A stretch of 37,994 nt of DNA from Trichomonas gallinae (taxonomy: Eukaryota), in contig MRSU01004764.1 in the NCBI GenBank assembly GCA_008369845.1, positions 1 to 37,994 of the forward strand, written 5' to 3'. Each line of letters starts with the position of its first letter. The first letter of the stretch is position 1. Of this stretch, positions 1 through 11,652 are shown piece by piece. Under the pieces are notes generated by a model, which saw only the letters and a list, made by a program, of their open reading frames with translations, was not told the origin of the DNA and searched no databases. The position numbers were made by a program, and so were the translations under genes.

Positions 1-535
1 GGTCACGGAGCATGTCGCATTAGCATCTATCACCAACTCCCAACATGCAGACAGATATTTTATTTGTCCCAAAATATTTATTCATATCTTTTTGTCTTCA
101 TTTATCTCGAATCAGAGTAAAAATATATCATGAAAAGTCACCATTAATATTTGCTGCATTTTTTTAGTCTCGAATTTGAATAGAACCTCATGAATTTAAA
201 TTATTTAATATGAGTAGAATAATAATACAAATAACATTATATTTTTTATTTGTATTTTTTCAAGATCGACGTTATTTTAAACTTTTGGACAAATTAATTC
301 TAAAGAGAAATTTATTTTAAATCAAATTCCAGATCCTAAAAGTTAAAAGCCTGGAAACCATAATCATGCTAAGGATTTGGAAATTACCTTACGAAACACG
401 AAAAAAAAAATATTGCTGCAATAAATTCGGTCTTAATACTATAATAGCCTAATGAGAGTATTTTGTAAAGAGAATTCTTCAAATTTTGTTCACCATTCTT
501 CTTATAAAATGGGTCAATATACAAATCTGCCCCTC

Positions 536-640
536 TAAAAGTGCCTGATTATAAAGGCGACAAAAATAAAAATGTGACAATATATAAAGGTGACACTAAA
601 AGGTGACAAAAGTGAAATCAAAATAAACAAAAAGTGACAA
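536..640 (+). promoter_or_regulatory. Cluster of AAAGTGAC-like trichomonad core-promoter elements upstream of VPS13
   Basis: An exact AAAGTGAC lies at 631-638, with about six degenerate copies (aaagtgcc, aaggcgac, aatgtgac, aaggtgac x2, aaagtgaa) within 105 bp, 90-190 bp upstream of the ATG. AAAGTGAC is a described T. vaginalis upstream motif. Confidence 0.5.
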
Positions 641-727
641 TGTTTTTTTCGGAATTATTTTGCAGTTTTATATGCAACAGAGTCAAATAATGATGAAATA
701 AAAAGTGAGAAATAAAAAAATTCTAAA

Positions 728-3700
728 ATGACTCGATTAATAGCTTCCAAAGTAATTTCGTATGTTCTTGGAAGCTATGTTGAGGCATTGGACTCCAACC
801 AGCTTGAATTATCCATTTTTGGCGGTGACGTCTCTTTCAAGGACCTCACGCTGAAATCTGGAGCTCTAGCTTCGAACGGAGTGCCCGTAAACATACATAA
901 CGGCATCATTCAGTCTCTATCAGCGAAGTTTCCGTGGTTACATCTTGGCTCTCAAGCTGTTGCAGCGTCGTTAAAAGGATTGTACATTTTTGGAACGATT
1001 GATGGCAACGTTCTCCTCGAAAATGACATGAAAACACCTACGAGGACTGCATCAGAGCTGGATGAACTCTGCGAAAAGGAAAATCTCGAGAAAAAAGATG
1101 TTATGACCGGAATCGTAGGCACAATCATCGATAATTTAGTTGTTGATGTATCAGACATACACATAAGAATCGAGTTTAAGCTACAAGATAAAATTGTTTC
1201 CGCTGGAATAATTATTCCAAGTATTCAAATCTACACAATCGACGAGAAAGGAAATAAAACATTCGTCTCTCAGAAACCAAAGATACTCCGCAAGAAAGTT
1301 TTAATCAAAAACATGTGTATTTATTTAGATACAAATAATCCACCAATAAATAGTCGCGAATTCATTAAAGAAATCACCGCATTGTCTAAGAGTGAACACC
1401 AATACATACTCAAAGATTTCACTTTCGATACTGTTTGGGAACATAATAACGAATCTAGTTTAATCACAGACAATTTCATCGCAGACATTCCTATCATCGA
1501 TATAGCACTTGATAGATTGCAGTGGTACGCGATAGATCAGCTTCAGTGGCAAAATTACATGTTTTCGAAACAAAGACTTTACAGAGGCTGTGGAAGACCA
1601 GATAGACCAGTTAGAAGTGAAAGATCATCTGGTGTCTGGTGGCTTTTCGCAAATAATGCTGCAAAAGTCAAAAGTCATCCGCAATATTTGGATACTCAGT
1701 CAGCTCTCGCTTTTCTCAAGAACAGAAAACAAACATCGAAGTTCCTAACAGAATATATCTCATCTACGAATAGAACAGCGAAAAAGGCCGAATTCACAAA
1801 ATTACAAGATCAATACGGATTAAATGTTTTATATAACATGATGACATATAATAGGTTCATCATAGACAAATCGAAATCTAAATCACAAACTAACCAACTT
1901 GACGTTTCTTCTGAAGAACTCAGATCATTATCATCGCAAGGACAAAACAAAACATCTGGAATCTCAGCGAATTTGCTGATCCACAAAGTTCAGGCAACAT
2001 TGAATACATTCCCAGGACAACCATTAGTTCAGCTGCTAATTGAAAAAATCGGCGGTGTTGTTAATATGAAATCGCCGATGATTTCCGCTAAAGCATCTAT
2101 AGGAAGTTTCTCTGTTATTGACATTTTGGATGATTTGCCGCGCAAGTTAATTGACTTTGTTCCTAGATTAGATTCGAATTGCATGAATTTCGAGTTCTCG
2201 ACAAATACAGACAAAAGACAAACCAACGTGAAAGCATTCGTAAGTTCTCCAGAAATTATCGGCGATCTTCCAAAAATTACTTTTATCTCGAATTTCTTCA
2301 AGACACCAGAAAAAGGCATCTACGTTGATCCAGCTGATCCACCTCCAAAGAGGAGAGACTCAACGAAATCTGAAATATTGGAATTACTCGAAAAGCATCC
2401 GTTTAATTTCGTCGACTTAGAAATCGAAACCCCACATATTTTGATTCCTTTCAAATCGCCAATACATATCAATCTCGATTCGATCAAAGTCCACGTTGAT
2501 CCTTCACTCAAGAGAGAATACACGAATCAAGAAACATGGTACGATCACGCGAAACTTGACGTAAGAAATTTCTCGTTAACTTTCGATGAAAAGAAAATTA
2601 TTTTACCGTTTTCTACATCAGTGGCATTGAACGTGCTCTACATTCCAATGTCTTCAATTCCAAACCAGATATTCAACGTCGATATTAATGCAATTGAAGT
2701 CAATTTCACGAGATCGCAATATTTATCGATTCTTGAAATGATCAAAGAAATTACAAATCCACCTCCACCTTTGCCATTATTAGATGAAGACAAGAAGCCA
2801 CAGAAACGTCCGCCACCTCGTCAGAAAGTCGTCAAGAGCGAAAATGGACTTTCTATGCTTTTTAATTTGAATTTCAAACGATTGGATTTGAGATTATTCA
2901 ATATTAATGATATCGAAATCAACATGTTTACAATTGGATCAATTTCATCTTCATTATTATTTGTTGAGGATTCAATCAAATGCAATTTCACTCTCTTGAA
3001 TGTTTTAGCAACAGACATCGAGAAAAACGCTTTCTTCAGATTCGGTGGCGATGAATCAAAAGCAATTGAAATTTCATTAAACAAGAAACCAGAAGATACA
3101 ATAGCTGATTTATTGATAAACATTTCAGAACCTTTCTTTTTACTTGACTTCACATGGGTCTTCATGCTTCGCGAATTCTTCATTGTTCATAAACCAAAAC
3201 AAAACAATAAACATCAAGTCGAAATAACAGAAGTTGATAATGAAAATAAAACCGAAGAAACTAAAATTGTTCCTAAGACGCAAGAAAAACCAAAGATGGG
3301 TCTTAAGGGTGTGTTTAGTATTAAGAATCCTAATGTTGCTGTCGCCGTTCCAAGCAAGCATGGAAAAATCATCGTCAAGTTAAATATCAACGACATTAAT
3401 ATCGATTTGGATGTTTTAGGTGAAAATCAGAAACTTCACATTATTCCTAATGACGTTATTGTCATGATCAATGGCGAGAAAGTTGTATTACCATTCACTC
3501 CATCAGTTGACATCAATTTCGGGGAAAAGAAGAATATCGACGTCAAACTCAACGAAATGCTCGTCAACTTTGATACAAACAATTATTACTTTATACTAGA
3601 CATGCTAGATTATGTATTAAAGCGATTAAATCACGCACTTACAATTACAGATGAAACAGAAAAACCACAAACAACTACTAAAGAAGTTGTCAAGAAAGAA

Positions 3701-6700
3701 GAAAATGTAAATAGTTCTCCAATGAATATAAATGTCAACATCAACAGTGTTAAAATTGATGTTGTGCATTTAGGAACAAAAATATTGAATTTGGATGTCA
3801 ACGATATCAGAGTTTTGATTCCACCAACAGGAATTCAAGTATTTATAACAGATATAATTGGAACAGAATTCATGACAACTTTATCGAATGAGTGGATGAA
3901 TGCAAAAGGATTCCATTTGATCCTTGGTTCTCCAATGAAAATCAATTTCGAAGAAATTTACTTCTCAGGAAAAACAGCACCAATTGCTTGGGCTATAAAC
4001 TTCTTCACAAAGAAGCCAGAAAGCATAATTGTTGCCAACGACGATTTATCACTTCAAGTTTTACAAACACCAGAAAAACAACAAAATTCAGATGAAACTC
4101 CAAGCGTTTTCCAGTTGTTGTTAGAAATCAGAAAAGTTAACATTCCGCTGGTTTACCCTGACGGAAAAGTTTTGGCGACAATTTTGACAAATAAAACGAA
4201 CTTGGATTTGAAGATAGAACCAGAAACAGGCTTAGATATGCATGTTTACCTTAGTGATCTTAAGATAGATACAGATATGTTGGGAACACCGAACCCACAC
4301 TTCATTTATTTGGAAGATAATGAAAAATTCCATTTCCATTTGGCCAATAAGTTCTATGGTGTTGAAGTTCCTCATTTGAATGTTTGCTACAGCCATAGGT
4401 TCTTATTTGATTTGCTTAAGTGGTCCTCAGGATTAAGCGAAGGCAGCGAAAAGGCAGAATGGAAAGATTCGCCTTTGCAAATCCCAACATCGTCTTATGA
4501 GATATTAACAGAAAATCTCAAATTGAGATTAGTTCCATATGAGCCAAGCGAAGAATTCCCAGGTGTTGACTTAATTTTGAACAAGTTTAATGTCAAAACA
4601 GAACAATTCCCAACAGATCTCATAGTTACAACAGAGAAAATCGACCTTGTTGACAAGAGCAGCAAAAAGTTTATGACAATCAACGAAATCATTATTCCTG
4701 TTTTCATGGATTTGAGAAACGAACCACAACCTGTTAAAGAAGGCTTCGATCCTAAAATCAGAGAAGAGTTCATCGGAAAAAGCGATGGTTTCTTCTATGG
4801 AATCAAAGTTACTCCAAGTATTGGCTCAATCGAATATGATTTGGACCAGTTTTCAACTCTGCAGTTTTGCCATTCTTTGGCTACCTTCACTTCACTTCCT
4901 CCAGCTTCACAACCAGAGACACCAGTCGAAGTCCACGAAACAGCATTTGTTGGCTTATACACAACAGTCATTGCTGGTCTTAAATCAATCACTGTTAATC
5001 CAACAGACAAAGAAAAGTTCGGCCAGATTATTATTAATGGTTTAGGATTTTCAATGGAAGAAGGAAAGATTGGAATCAATTTAGAATCAATGGAATTAAA
5101 TGGCGACCAAAAAGTGTTATCTATTGGTCCAGTTAATGATGTCAAGAATGGAATTTCGCTCAAATTAGACAACGGAGACATCAAAGTGACTTTGGGCTCA
5201 TTCTTCTTCTACCTTGATTACAAATTTGTTTCAAGGTTCTATTTGTGGCTCAAGAAGCTTCCATATCTCACCTTTGACTTCTTCCCGAACACTCCTAAGG
5301 CAATCAAAGCTACTGAAGATCAGAATCAAACAGAAGAGAAGAAGAAATCAATGATCAATGCGGATGCTGTTTCGATGAATTTGGTTTTGCCAATTGACCC
5401 AGAAAAGCCAGATATCATGTGCATTGATTTAGCTTTATCATTTGAAATGTCACCAGATAAAATGGTTGCCTCTTTGCATAAATTGAACATTGCTATGGCT
5501 CCTGGATTCAATGAGAAAAGATATCCATCGATTGTCATTTTGCAAAACATTGTTTACACAGCAGATAAGAAAGATGGAAAATCCAGGACACTAGTTGAAA
5601 CACAAACAGTCAGAGTCTCAATTTCTCCAATTGACATTGCTTCCATTATTGTTTTACAGGGATCAATAATGAAGTTATCAGAAGTATTCATTGAGAAATC
5701 CTGTGTATCATATGAAAAACCAGAGAAAGTTGAAGTTGATGGAAGCAAGAATGGATCAATATTAGCAATTTGCACTGGAGCATGCTGGCTTGATATTTGC
5801 GCTGAAAATAGACTCAGAGACAAACCTATGCCATTGTTGAGAATAACAACAGAGCCACTTGATGTTGAAATCGACATGTCTGCTGGAAGTGTCAACAAAT
5901 TTACGACAAAATCATTGACAATCGAGCACTATGACCATAAAACATTCAAATTCTCTAAAGTTTTGGAGCCAACAACTTTCCAGTACTTGATCGAATTCAA
6001 CAAAGACGTCAGCAGAATGAAAGTAAGAGCAATCAGAGACATGAATATTAACATAACACACAAAGAACTCAAAGACATTTTGAAGTTAGTCAACCAAATC
6101 AAAACTTGCGTTGCTGAGAAAAAGATTACATCTGATAAAATGGATGCATTCAAACTTTACAATAACTTAGGAATGGTTGCAAGATTCGAAATTGGTGACC
6201 ATCAGGTTGAATTGGCCCCTATGTCAATTTATAGAGCATCCGATTCAGTTAATGGAAGAGTTCCAATTTCTTTGTTCTTCAAGCGCAAGCAGTTTACTTT
6301 TACAACTGATGAATTATATTATCCAAGATTTTTGACAAACAACATAATTGTTTCATATCAAGAGACACCAACATCGCAAAGATTATTATTCTCTACTCCA
6401 ATTAAATTCCACAATAACACACCAATTCCTTTGACCTTGTTTATTCATGGAAAGAGAAACAAACTTGAAAGAGCAATTGAAATTGATCCTGACTTGCATT
6501 GCAACCTTCCTGCTGATGTTTCTCCAACATGTAACATGGGATTGGGATTCTTGGAAGCAACAAAGAACAAATACAGCTATTTCTCTGTCAAAACACTCAA
6601 GGAATCCAACTTCATTTATAAGATTGCTGCCGGCGACAGAAGGATGAAAGTTTTCATTTCAAGCAAGCTTGATTTCGAAACAAGTGTTTTGAATGTTGAA

Positions 6701-9562
6701 ATATCTCCACAAGTCACATTTAGAAATGACTTAATGCATCCAATAACTGTTTGTATTGGATTAGAAAAGGACAAAGGAGTGATGGAAACAACAATAATTC
6801 AACCAAATGAAGAAGTTTTCGCGAAACTTTCGATTTCTAATCTTTCCAAGCTCTTAGTTAAAGTCAGAGTTGGTGATAATCCATTCTCTGAAATTGTCGA
6901 AGTTCCACCTCAGACGAAGAAGTCACCCATCAAATGCATGGTTCTGGAAAACTCGACATTTATCACATTAGTCGCTGATACAAATTACGATGAAGATACA
7001 CAAGCATTCAAGATTTCATTCTATGCACCAACAGTTATATTCAACAAGTCTGGCTTTGATTTGATGGTTGCTGATTCAACAGCTAAAATTGCTGCTGAAT
7101 TTGCATCAATAAACGAAGGCGATGATCCAACAACAAATGGTTATGTTTATTGGGGCAACAATGAATACTTTGACACAAATTCATCAACATTGCATGCTTA
7201 TTTGTTATTGCACGATGAATGGGCGTTGAGCAAAGCACCCCTACAAACATTGGCTGCTCCAATATCAGAAGATTATTTCACACAAATTGCTTCATGCCCA
7301 GATTTGTATGCTCCAATCCATTACATGGTTGAAATGATTCACAGAACAGCTGTTGTAACATTGCAGCCATACATTGTCATAGAAAACTTGTGCACAAGAG
7401 ATTTCAGACTTGATCCAATCATTTCTATTGACAATCCAATTGATATAGTTAATGACCTTGAGCCAATTATAATACAAAAAGGCCAAAAGAAGTTCTTGAA
7501 GTATTCTGGTGAAAAACTTGCCTTCAGGTTCAGATCATTAACCGAGACAGGATTCTGGTCGCACGAGAAAGGTACATTGATATCTTTGGATGCTCCAGTT
7601 CATACAACATTCATGGATATCCAGAACATTGTCAATAAATTACAAGGCGTCGAACTTGAAATCAAAGGTGATGGACATGATTTCATTGCCACGTTCAGAG
7701 ATGCCAAGCCAACCCAGCCATTGACAATCACAAACTACTTCAAAGTTCCAATTATGTACAAACAAATCAACGGTGAAATTCTTGTTCAGGTTAATCCAGA
7801 GATGACAACATATGTCATGCTCGAAAAACCATTTGAGCTAAATGATGTAATAATTTTAGCACAAGGACTCGAAATTCCAGTGAACTTGGCTGATATCGAA
7901 AGAAGCATTAAATTCAAACATCCAAATAATGATGATGAAGTCTGGGTCCACATCGAAATCAATGAAAAATGCAGGAAGACCATCGCAATTGCCGATAAAC
8001 CAGTCGAACAGCCAACAAGACACTGCTGGAATATGTCAGTGCAATTCGACAACTTCAACATTTCTCTGATAGATCAGTTGAGAGAACTCTGCGTTTTGAA
8101 CATCCACGGAATCAATCTCAAATATGTGCAAAACGACAGATTCACGAATGTTTCTTTCGCAATCAACTCAATGCAGCTAGATGATATGTGTGTTCCACGT
8201 GATTATGGTGTTGTATTGGCCGCTTATCCTAATGATGGACATAATTGGTTCGAAGCAAGATGCTCGATGTTTGGTGATGCTCCACTTTTCACTGCATTCT
8301 CATTCATATCAGTTAGAGTTCAACCAATTATGATGAGCGTTGACTTGTCTTTCGTTTCAGATATGTGGAACTTCATCAATCCATTATTAGAGTCAGAAGG
8401 ATACCAGAAGAAAGTTCAACCGGCAGAGGGAAGAACAGCTTCCTTGACAAGCTCTGATTTCACTGCTCAAAAGTTAAAGATACACCAAGTTGATTTGAAT
8501 TTCTCAATATTCTCGAATACAGCGCGTGTCGGTCTTCATCCATTATTGACTCAGATCATCAAATTTGTGCCAAGTGTTTCTGGAGGTTCGATTGTTTTGC
8601 CTGAACTTCCAATCTCAGATTTCACTGCAACAGGTGACTTCATTTCAGAAAGAATTGTTCAGCCTTACATCAAACAAGTCACTTCACAAGCACTCAAACT
8701 TCTGTTCAACACAAATATGCTGTTTGCCATTCACGAAGTCACGTCGAACATCTCAAGACAAGGCACGAAACTCGCGAAAGGTGACATCAAAGCCATTGGT
8801 GGTGCAACTGTTGGCACTGTTTTCGCAGCAGCTGGTGGTGTCACTAGAACACTTGCTAATGTCTTCCACACTGTTTCAGGACAAGAATCTGGATATGGAA
8901 ACGCAATGCAGATGGGTGCTGGTGACTCAATCAATCATGGCCTTGGATCAATCTACAAGAATGTTGCTTCTAACTCATTTAATGCTGTTAATACTGCACT
9001 TGCTGGTGCTGCTGAAGATGGCGCAATTGGCGCTGTTCTTGGTCTCGGAAAAGGCATTGGCAACATGGTTATGTCTCCTCTTGCTGGTTTACTCGATGCA
9101 TCTTCGTCAATTCTCAGCGGTGCATCTAAGTTTGTCAACGATGATGATTTAGTTTACAAGAGCCTTAGAATTCCAAGATGTTTCGCAGATGGTGCCGTTG
9201 AAGAATTCCAGAAGATCCCAGCTATGCTTCAGTTGATGATTTTCGATGGAGGATATACATCAGAGCAAATTGAACTTCTAGTTAAAGATATCAGCGCGAA
9301 AGACGAAAGATATATCGCGATCACAAAGACGAAAGTGTTCATTATTCGTGTTGACGTAACTAAAGAACTTGAGCCACTCCCAATCAGCACTTGCAAGGCT
9401 GCATATGATGGAACGAAAGTTGTCGCTTCCTTCAAGAACGCGAAGGGAGTTTTGAAGTTCATTACAAAGAGTGAATTAGTCGCAAAACAAACCGCAGCAT
9501 TTTTGACATCAAGACGTAATGAACTTAATATTGGTGAGGATATGGATTTTGATTCACTTTAA
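728..9562 (+). CDS. VPS13: VPS13-family bridge-like lipid transfer protein (chorein)
   Basis: 2944-aa ORF. The N-terminus has the chorein-N signature (IASKVISYVLGSYVEALDSNQLELSIFGGDVSFKDLTLK; IIDNLVVDVSDIHIRIE; WWLFA). A long beta-rich middle and VAB/SHR-BD-like repeats (PIKFHNNTPIPL, PQVTFRNDLMHPI, PTVIFNKSGFDL, PYIVIENLC) follow. The C-terminus has INSMQLDD and Gly/Ala-rich ATG2_C-like helices (GAIGAVLGLGKGIGNMVMSPLAGLLD, LRIPR). Start context is AAAATG. Confidence 0.92.
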   Translation: MTRLIASKVISYVLGSYVEALDSNQLELSIFGGDVSFKDLTLKSGALASNGVPVNIHNGIIQSLSAKFPWLHLGSQAVAASLKGLYIFGTIDGNVLLENDMKTPTRTASELDELCEKENLEKKDVMTGIVGTIIDNLVVDVSDIHIRIEFKLQDKIVSAGIIIPSIQIYTIDEKGNKTFVSQKPKILRKKVLIKNMCIYLDTNNPPINSREFIKEITALSKSEHQYILKDFTFDTVWEHNNESSLITDNFIADIPIIDIALDRLQWYAIDQLQWQNYMFSKQRLYRGCGRPDRPVRSERSSGVWWLFANNAAKVKSHPQYLDTQSALAFLKNRKQTSKFLTEYISSTNRTAKKAEFTKLQDQYGLNVLYNMMTYNRFIIDKSKSKSQTNQLDVSSEELRSLSSQGQNKTSGISANLLIHKVQATLNTFPGQPLVQLLIEKIGGVVNMKSPMISAKASIGSFSVIDILDDLPRKLIDFVPRLDSNCMNFEFSTNTDKRQTNVKAFVSSPEIIGDLPKITFISNFFKTPEKGIYVDPADPPPKRRDSTKSEILELLEKHPFNFVDLEIETPHILIPFKSPIHINLDSIKVHVDPSLKREYTNQETWYDHAKLDVRNFSLTFDEKKIILPFSTSVALNVLYIPMSSIPNQIFNVDINAIEVNFTRSQYLSILEMIKEITNPPPPLPLLDEDKKPQKRPPPRQKVVKSENGLSMLFNLNFKRLDLRLFNINDIEINMFTIGSISSSLLFVEDSIKCNFTLLNVLATDIEKNAFFRFGGDESKAIEISLNKKPEDTIADLLINISEPFFLLDFTWVFMLREFFIVHKPKQNNKHQVEITEVDNENKTEETKIVPKTQEKPKMGLKGVFSIKNPNVAVAVPSKHGKIIVKLNINDINIDLDVLGENQKLHIIPNDVIVMINGEKVVLPFTPSVDINFGEKKNIDVKLNEMLVNFDTNNYYFILDMLDYVLKRLNHALTITDETEKPQTTTKEVVKKEENVNSSPMNINVNINSVKIDVVHLGTKILNLDVNDIRVLIPPTGIQVFITDIIGTEFMTTLSNEWMNAKGFHLILGSPMKINFEEIYFSGKTAPIAWAINFFTKKPESIIVANDDLSLQVLQTPEKQQNSDETPSVFQLLLEIRKVNIPLVYPDGKVLATILTNKTNLDLKIEPETGLDMHVYLSDLKIDTDMLGTPNPHFIYLEDNEKFHFHLANKFYGVEVPHLNVCYSHRFLFDLLKWSSGLSEGSEKAEWKDSPLQIPTSSYEILTENLKLRLVPYEPSEEFPGVDLILNKFNVKTEQFPTDLIVTTEKIDLVDKSSKKFMTINEIIIPVFMDLRNEPQPVKEGFDPKIREEFIGKSDGFFYGIKVTPSIGSIEYDLDQFSTLQFCHSLATFTSLPPASQPETPVEVHETAFVGLYTTVIAGLKSITVNPTDKEKFGQIIINGLGFSMEEGKIGINLESMELNGDQKVLSIGPVNDVKNGISLKLDNGDIKVTLGSFFFYLDYKFVSRFYLWLKKLPYLTFDFFPNTPKAIKATEDQNQTEEKKKSMINADAVSMNLVLPIDPEKPDIMCIDLALSFEMSPDKMVASLHKLNIAMAPGFNEKRYPSIVILQNIVYTADKKDGKSRTLVETQTVRVSISPIDIASIIVLQGSIMKLSEVFIEKSCVSYEKPEKVEVDGSKNGSILAICTGACWLDICAENRLRDKPMPLLRITTEPLDVEIDMSAGSVNKFTTKSLTIEHYDHKTFKFSKVLEPTTFQYLIEFNKDVSRMKVRAIRDMNINITHKELKDILKLVNQIKTCVAEKKITSDKMDAFKLYNNLGMVARFEIGDHQVELAPMSIYRASDSVNGRVPISLFFKRKQFTFTTDELYYPRFLTNNIIVSYQETPTSQRLLFSTPIKFHNNTPIPLTLFIHGKRNKLERAIEIDPDLHCNLPADVSPTCNMGLGFLEATKNKYSYFSVKTLKESNFIYKIAAGDRRMKVFISSKLDFETSVLNVEISPQVTFRNDLMHPITVCIGLEKDKGVMETTIIQPNEEVFAKLSISNLSKLLVKVRVGDNPFSEIVEVPPQTKKSPIKCMVLENSTFITLVADTNYDEDTQAFKISFYAPTVIFNKSGFDLMVADSTAKIAAEFASINEGDDPTTNGYVYWGNNEYFDTNSSTLHAYLLLHDEWALSKAPLQTLAAPISEDYFTQIASCPDLYAPIHYMVEMIHRTAVVTLQPYIVIENLCTRDFRLDPIISIDNPIDIVNDLEPIIIQKGQKKFLKYSGEKLAFRFRSLTETGFWSHEKGTLISLDAPVHTTFMDIQNIVNKLQGVELEIKGDGHDFIATFRDAKPTQPLTITNYFKVPIMYKQINGEILVQVNPEMTTYVMLEKPFELNDVIILAQGLEIPVNLADIERSIKFKHPNNDDEVWVHIEINEKCRKTIAIADKPVEQPTRHCWNMSVQFDNFNISLIDQLRELCVLNIHGINLKYVQNDRFTNVSFAINSMQLDDMCVPRDYGVVLAAYPNDGHNWFEARCSMFGDAPLFTAFSFISVRVQPIMMSVDLSFVSDMWNFINPLLESEGYQKKVQPAEGRTASLTSSDFTAQKLKIHQVDLNFSIFSNTARVGLHPLLTQIIKFVPSVSGGSIVLPELPISDFTATGDFISERIVQPYIKQVTSQALKLLFNTNMLFAIHEVTSNISRQGTKLAKGDIKAIGGATVGTVFAAAGGVTRTLANVFHTVSGQESGYGNAMQMGAGDSINHGLGSIYKNVASNSFNAVNTALAGAAEDGAIGAVLGLGKGIGNMVMSPLAGLLDASSSILSGASKFVNDDDLVYKSLRIPRCFADGAVEEFQKIPAMLQLMIFDGGYTSEQIELLVKDISAKDERYIAITKTKVFIIRVDVTKELEPLPISTCKAAYDGTKVVASFKNAKGVLKFITKSELVAKQTAAFLTSRRNELNIGEDMDFDSL

Positions 9563-9719
9563 TCATCATCCAATTTCTTTTATTTTAAAAGTATTTTTTA
9601 TTATTTATAGTTTCTCAGACCAATTTGATACCTCTCAAATTTGAGAGGATCATTTATATGCATATAATATTGTTTACTGGGGATCAATTAATATAATTAT
9701 ATGAGGTTGAAGTAAGTTA

Positions 9720-11195
9720 AAGCTGTTCTTATTATTTTTAATCCTTGATCGTTCGCTTTATTTAGAATTTAAAGATTGTAAACCTGAATTTTCCATTGAT
9801 GATGATATAACTATAATATCAGCCAATGCTTTTCAACGATGCAATAACATTTTAGTTAATTTCCATCTTTCTGAAAATTCTGAATTACGAATTATCGAAA
9901 ACTATGCATTCTATTATTGCAATAAATTAGAAGGAATAGATTTATCATTTTGTTCAAATCTTTTAGAAATAGGGGATTCCGCATTTTCAGCTTGTAATAG
10001 AGTTTCATATCTAAAATTGCCAATTAACCTTAAATATATTAATAATTCTGCTTTTAGCAATTTGCGTAGTTTAAAAACTGTTGATTTGCCAGTATCTGTT
10101 AGATGGATTGGAGATTATGGATTTACTGATTGTTTTGATTTGACAACTTTTGTCATCAAAAAAGAATCTCAATTAAACCATATTGGATTTAATGCATTTA
10201 AATTGACAAATATATCAAAATTTTATCTACCTAATTCTTTGAATGAATTTAATTATTTTGGACATTTCGAATGGGAACTAGAGGCCGATAATCCATATTT
10301 TAAATTTATAGGAAATTATTTATTTAGTGTTGATGGGAAAACATTATATTCTTTCCGAAGCAAAAATAGTGAAAAGATTGAAATCACATCAGATTTTGAT
10401 AATTTAGTTGATTATGGATTTTCAAAACATGAAAAATTAAAGTATGTTTTAATAGACTGTACAATAAAATCAATAGGGAAACATGCTTTTTCAAGGTGCG
10501 AATTTTTGGAGACTGTTTATATTAAAAATGCGGAACATCTTGATGAATACGCTTTTGAAGAATGCCCCAATCTGAAAGCAGTAGATATCTTTAATTTAAG
10601 TGTTTTCGATATAGGAGTATTGAAGTGTTGTTATAACCTTGAATACTTAAATATCACGTATATTGATAATATTAAGGAATTTATTTACGAATTATTTGGA
10701 CTTAAATATATATATGGTTTTAATTCTAAAAATTATAAAGTTGATAAAAATAATAATTTTGTTATATCTTTGAGTGAAAACAAAGCATTTATGTGCGCGC
10801 CTTCAAATCCAATAGTTGATATTGTGGTCGATTGTTTTATCATTGGGGAGAATGCTTTTGTCTATTCAAAAGTCGAAAAAATTGTTCTTAAAAATGTTAG
10901 ACAAATAAAATATGGTGCATTTTATTATTGTGAAAAATTATCACATATTTCTATTCCAGAAAGTGTAGTAAGCATTGAAACAATATTTTCTAGCTCTCCA
11001 TTAAAATGCATTTATGTTCAAAATAATAATTCGAGAATAATTCAAATGCTGACTGATCGTTATTATTTTAACACAAATGTTTTTTCTTGCTTAATTGATA
11101 GCCCATCAAAAATTGTTCATGCTTATATTGGGCGAAAATATATTCAATTCGCTTATAAATTGCTTTATCAATCAAAATTGATAAATTTATTGTGA
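9720..11195 (+). pseudogene. BspA-like leucine-rich repeat (TpLRR/LRR_5) surface protein lacking an ATG start; pseudogene or start-codon error
   Basis: The frame of the 10017 ORF stays open upstream to 9711 and reads KLFLLFLILDRSLYLEFKDCKPEFSIDDDITIISANAFQRC...IIENYAFYYCNKLEGIDLSFCSNLLEIGDSAFSACN. IGxxAFxxCxxLxxI repeats run throughout. The expected Met at 9720 is AAG, and the first in-frame ATG is only at 10791. Confidence 0.8.
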
Positions 11196-11652
11196 TTTTA
11201 TGTAATTTCACTCCATTTTATTCGTAATAAACTGTTTAAATTTCAATAAAAATTTACAGAGTATTTTTGTAATATAGAAAACTCAAAAATCGGTTTCTAG
11301 TAAGAATTGAACAGCCAAAATTGTAAAAATATATAGCATACAATAGTATGTATTATTATATGCTTTAAAGTTTCCAGTTAAACGATTTTTTAAGTCGATT
11401 TTCGAATTTATGAGAATATTTTCGTGACCTACTGATAAAATTTTGAGTGGATCTCGAAAATTGAGTCCCTCGGCAGCAAAAAATGTGTGGCCAGATATTT
11501 TTTTTTTTTTTAATTATTTTTTTCTTATAACATGTTATATTTTATTTTATTATATGTCGACGCTTCATATTCTTGATATTATATATAGTTGATTGAAAAA
11601 GAAACATATAAAAACAATTTTATATATAATTAACAAAACAAATATAAAAGTA

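Noticed and set aside
1..160. Coding-looking sequence at the window edge (minus strand)
   Set aside because: All minus-strand frames contain stops and no motif is recognisable, so there is too little to call.
952..9462. Many short antisense and alternate-frame ORFs inside VPS13 (likewise inside the other long genes)
   Set aside because: They are shadow ORFs produced by the codon bias of the main gene and show no independent motifs or promoter signals.
9701..9775. ATG at 9701 followed by GTAAGT as a possible intron restoring the BspA start
   Set aside because: Splicing to the nearby AGs (9722, 9765, 9774) does not restore the frame, and there is no trichomonad ACTAAC-type branch/3' motif.
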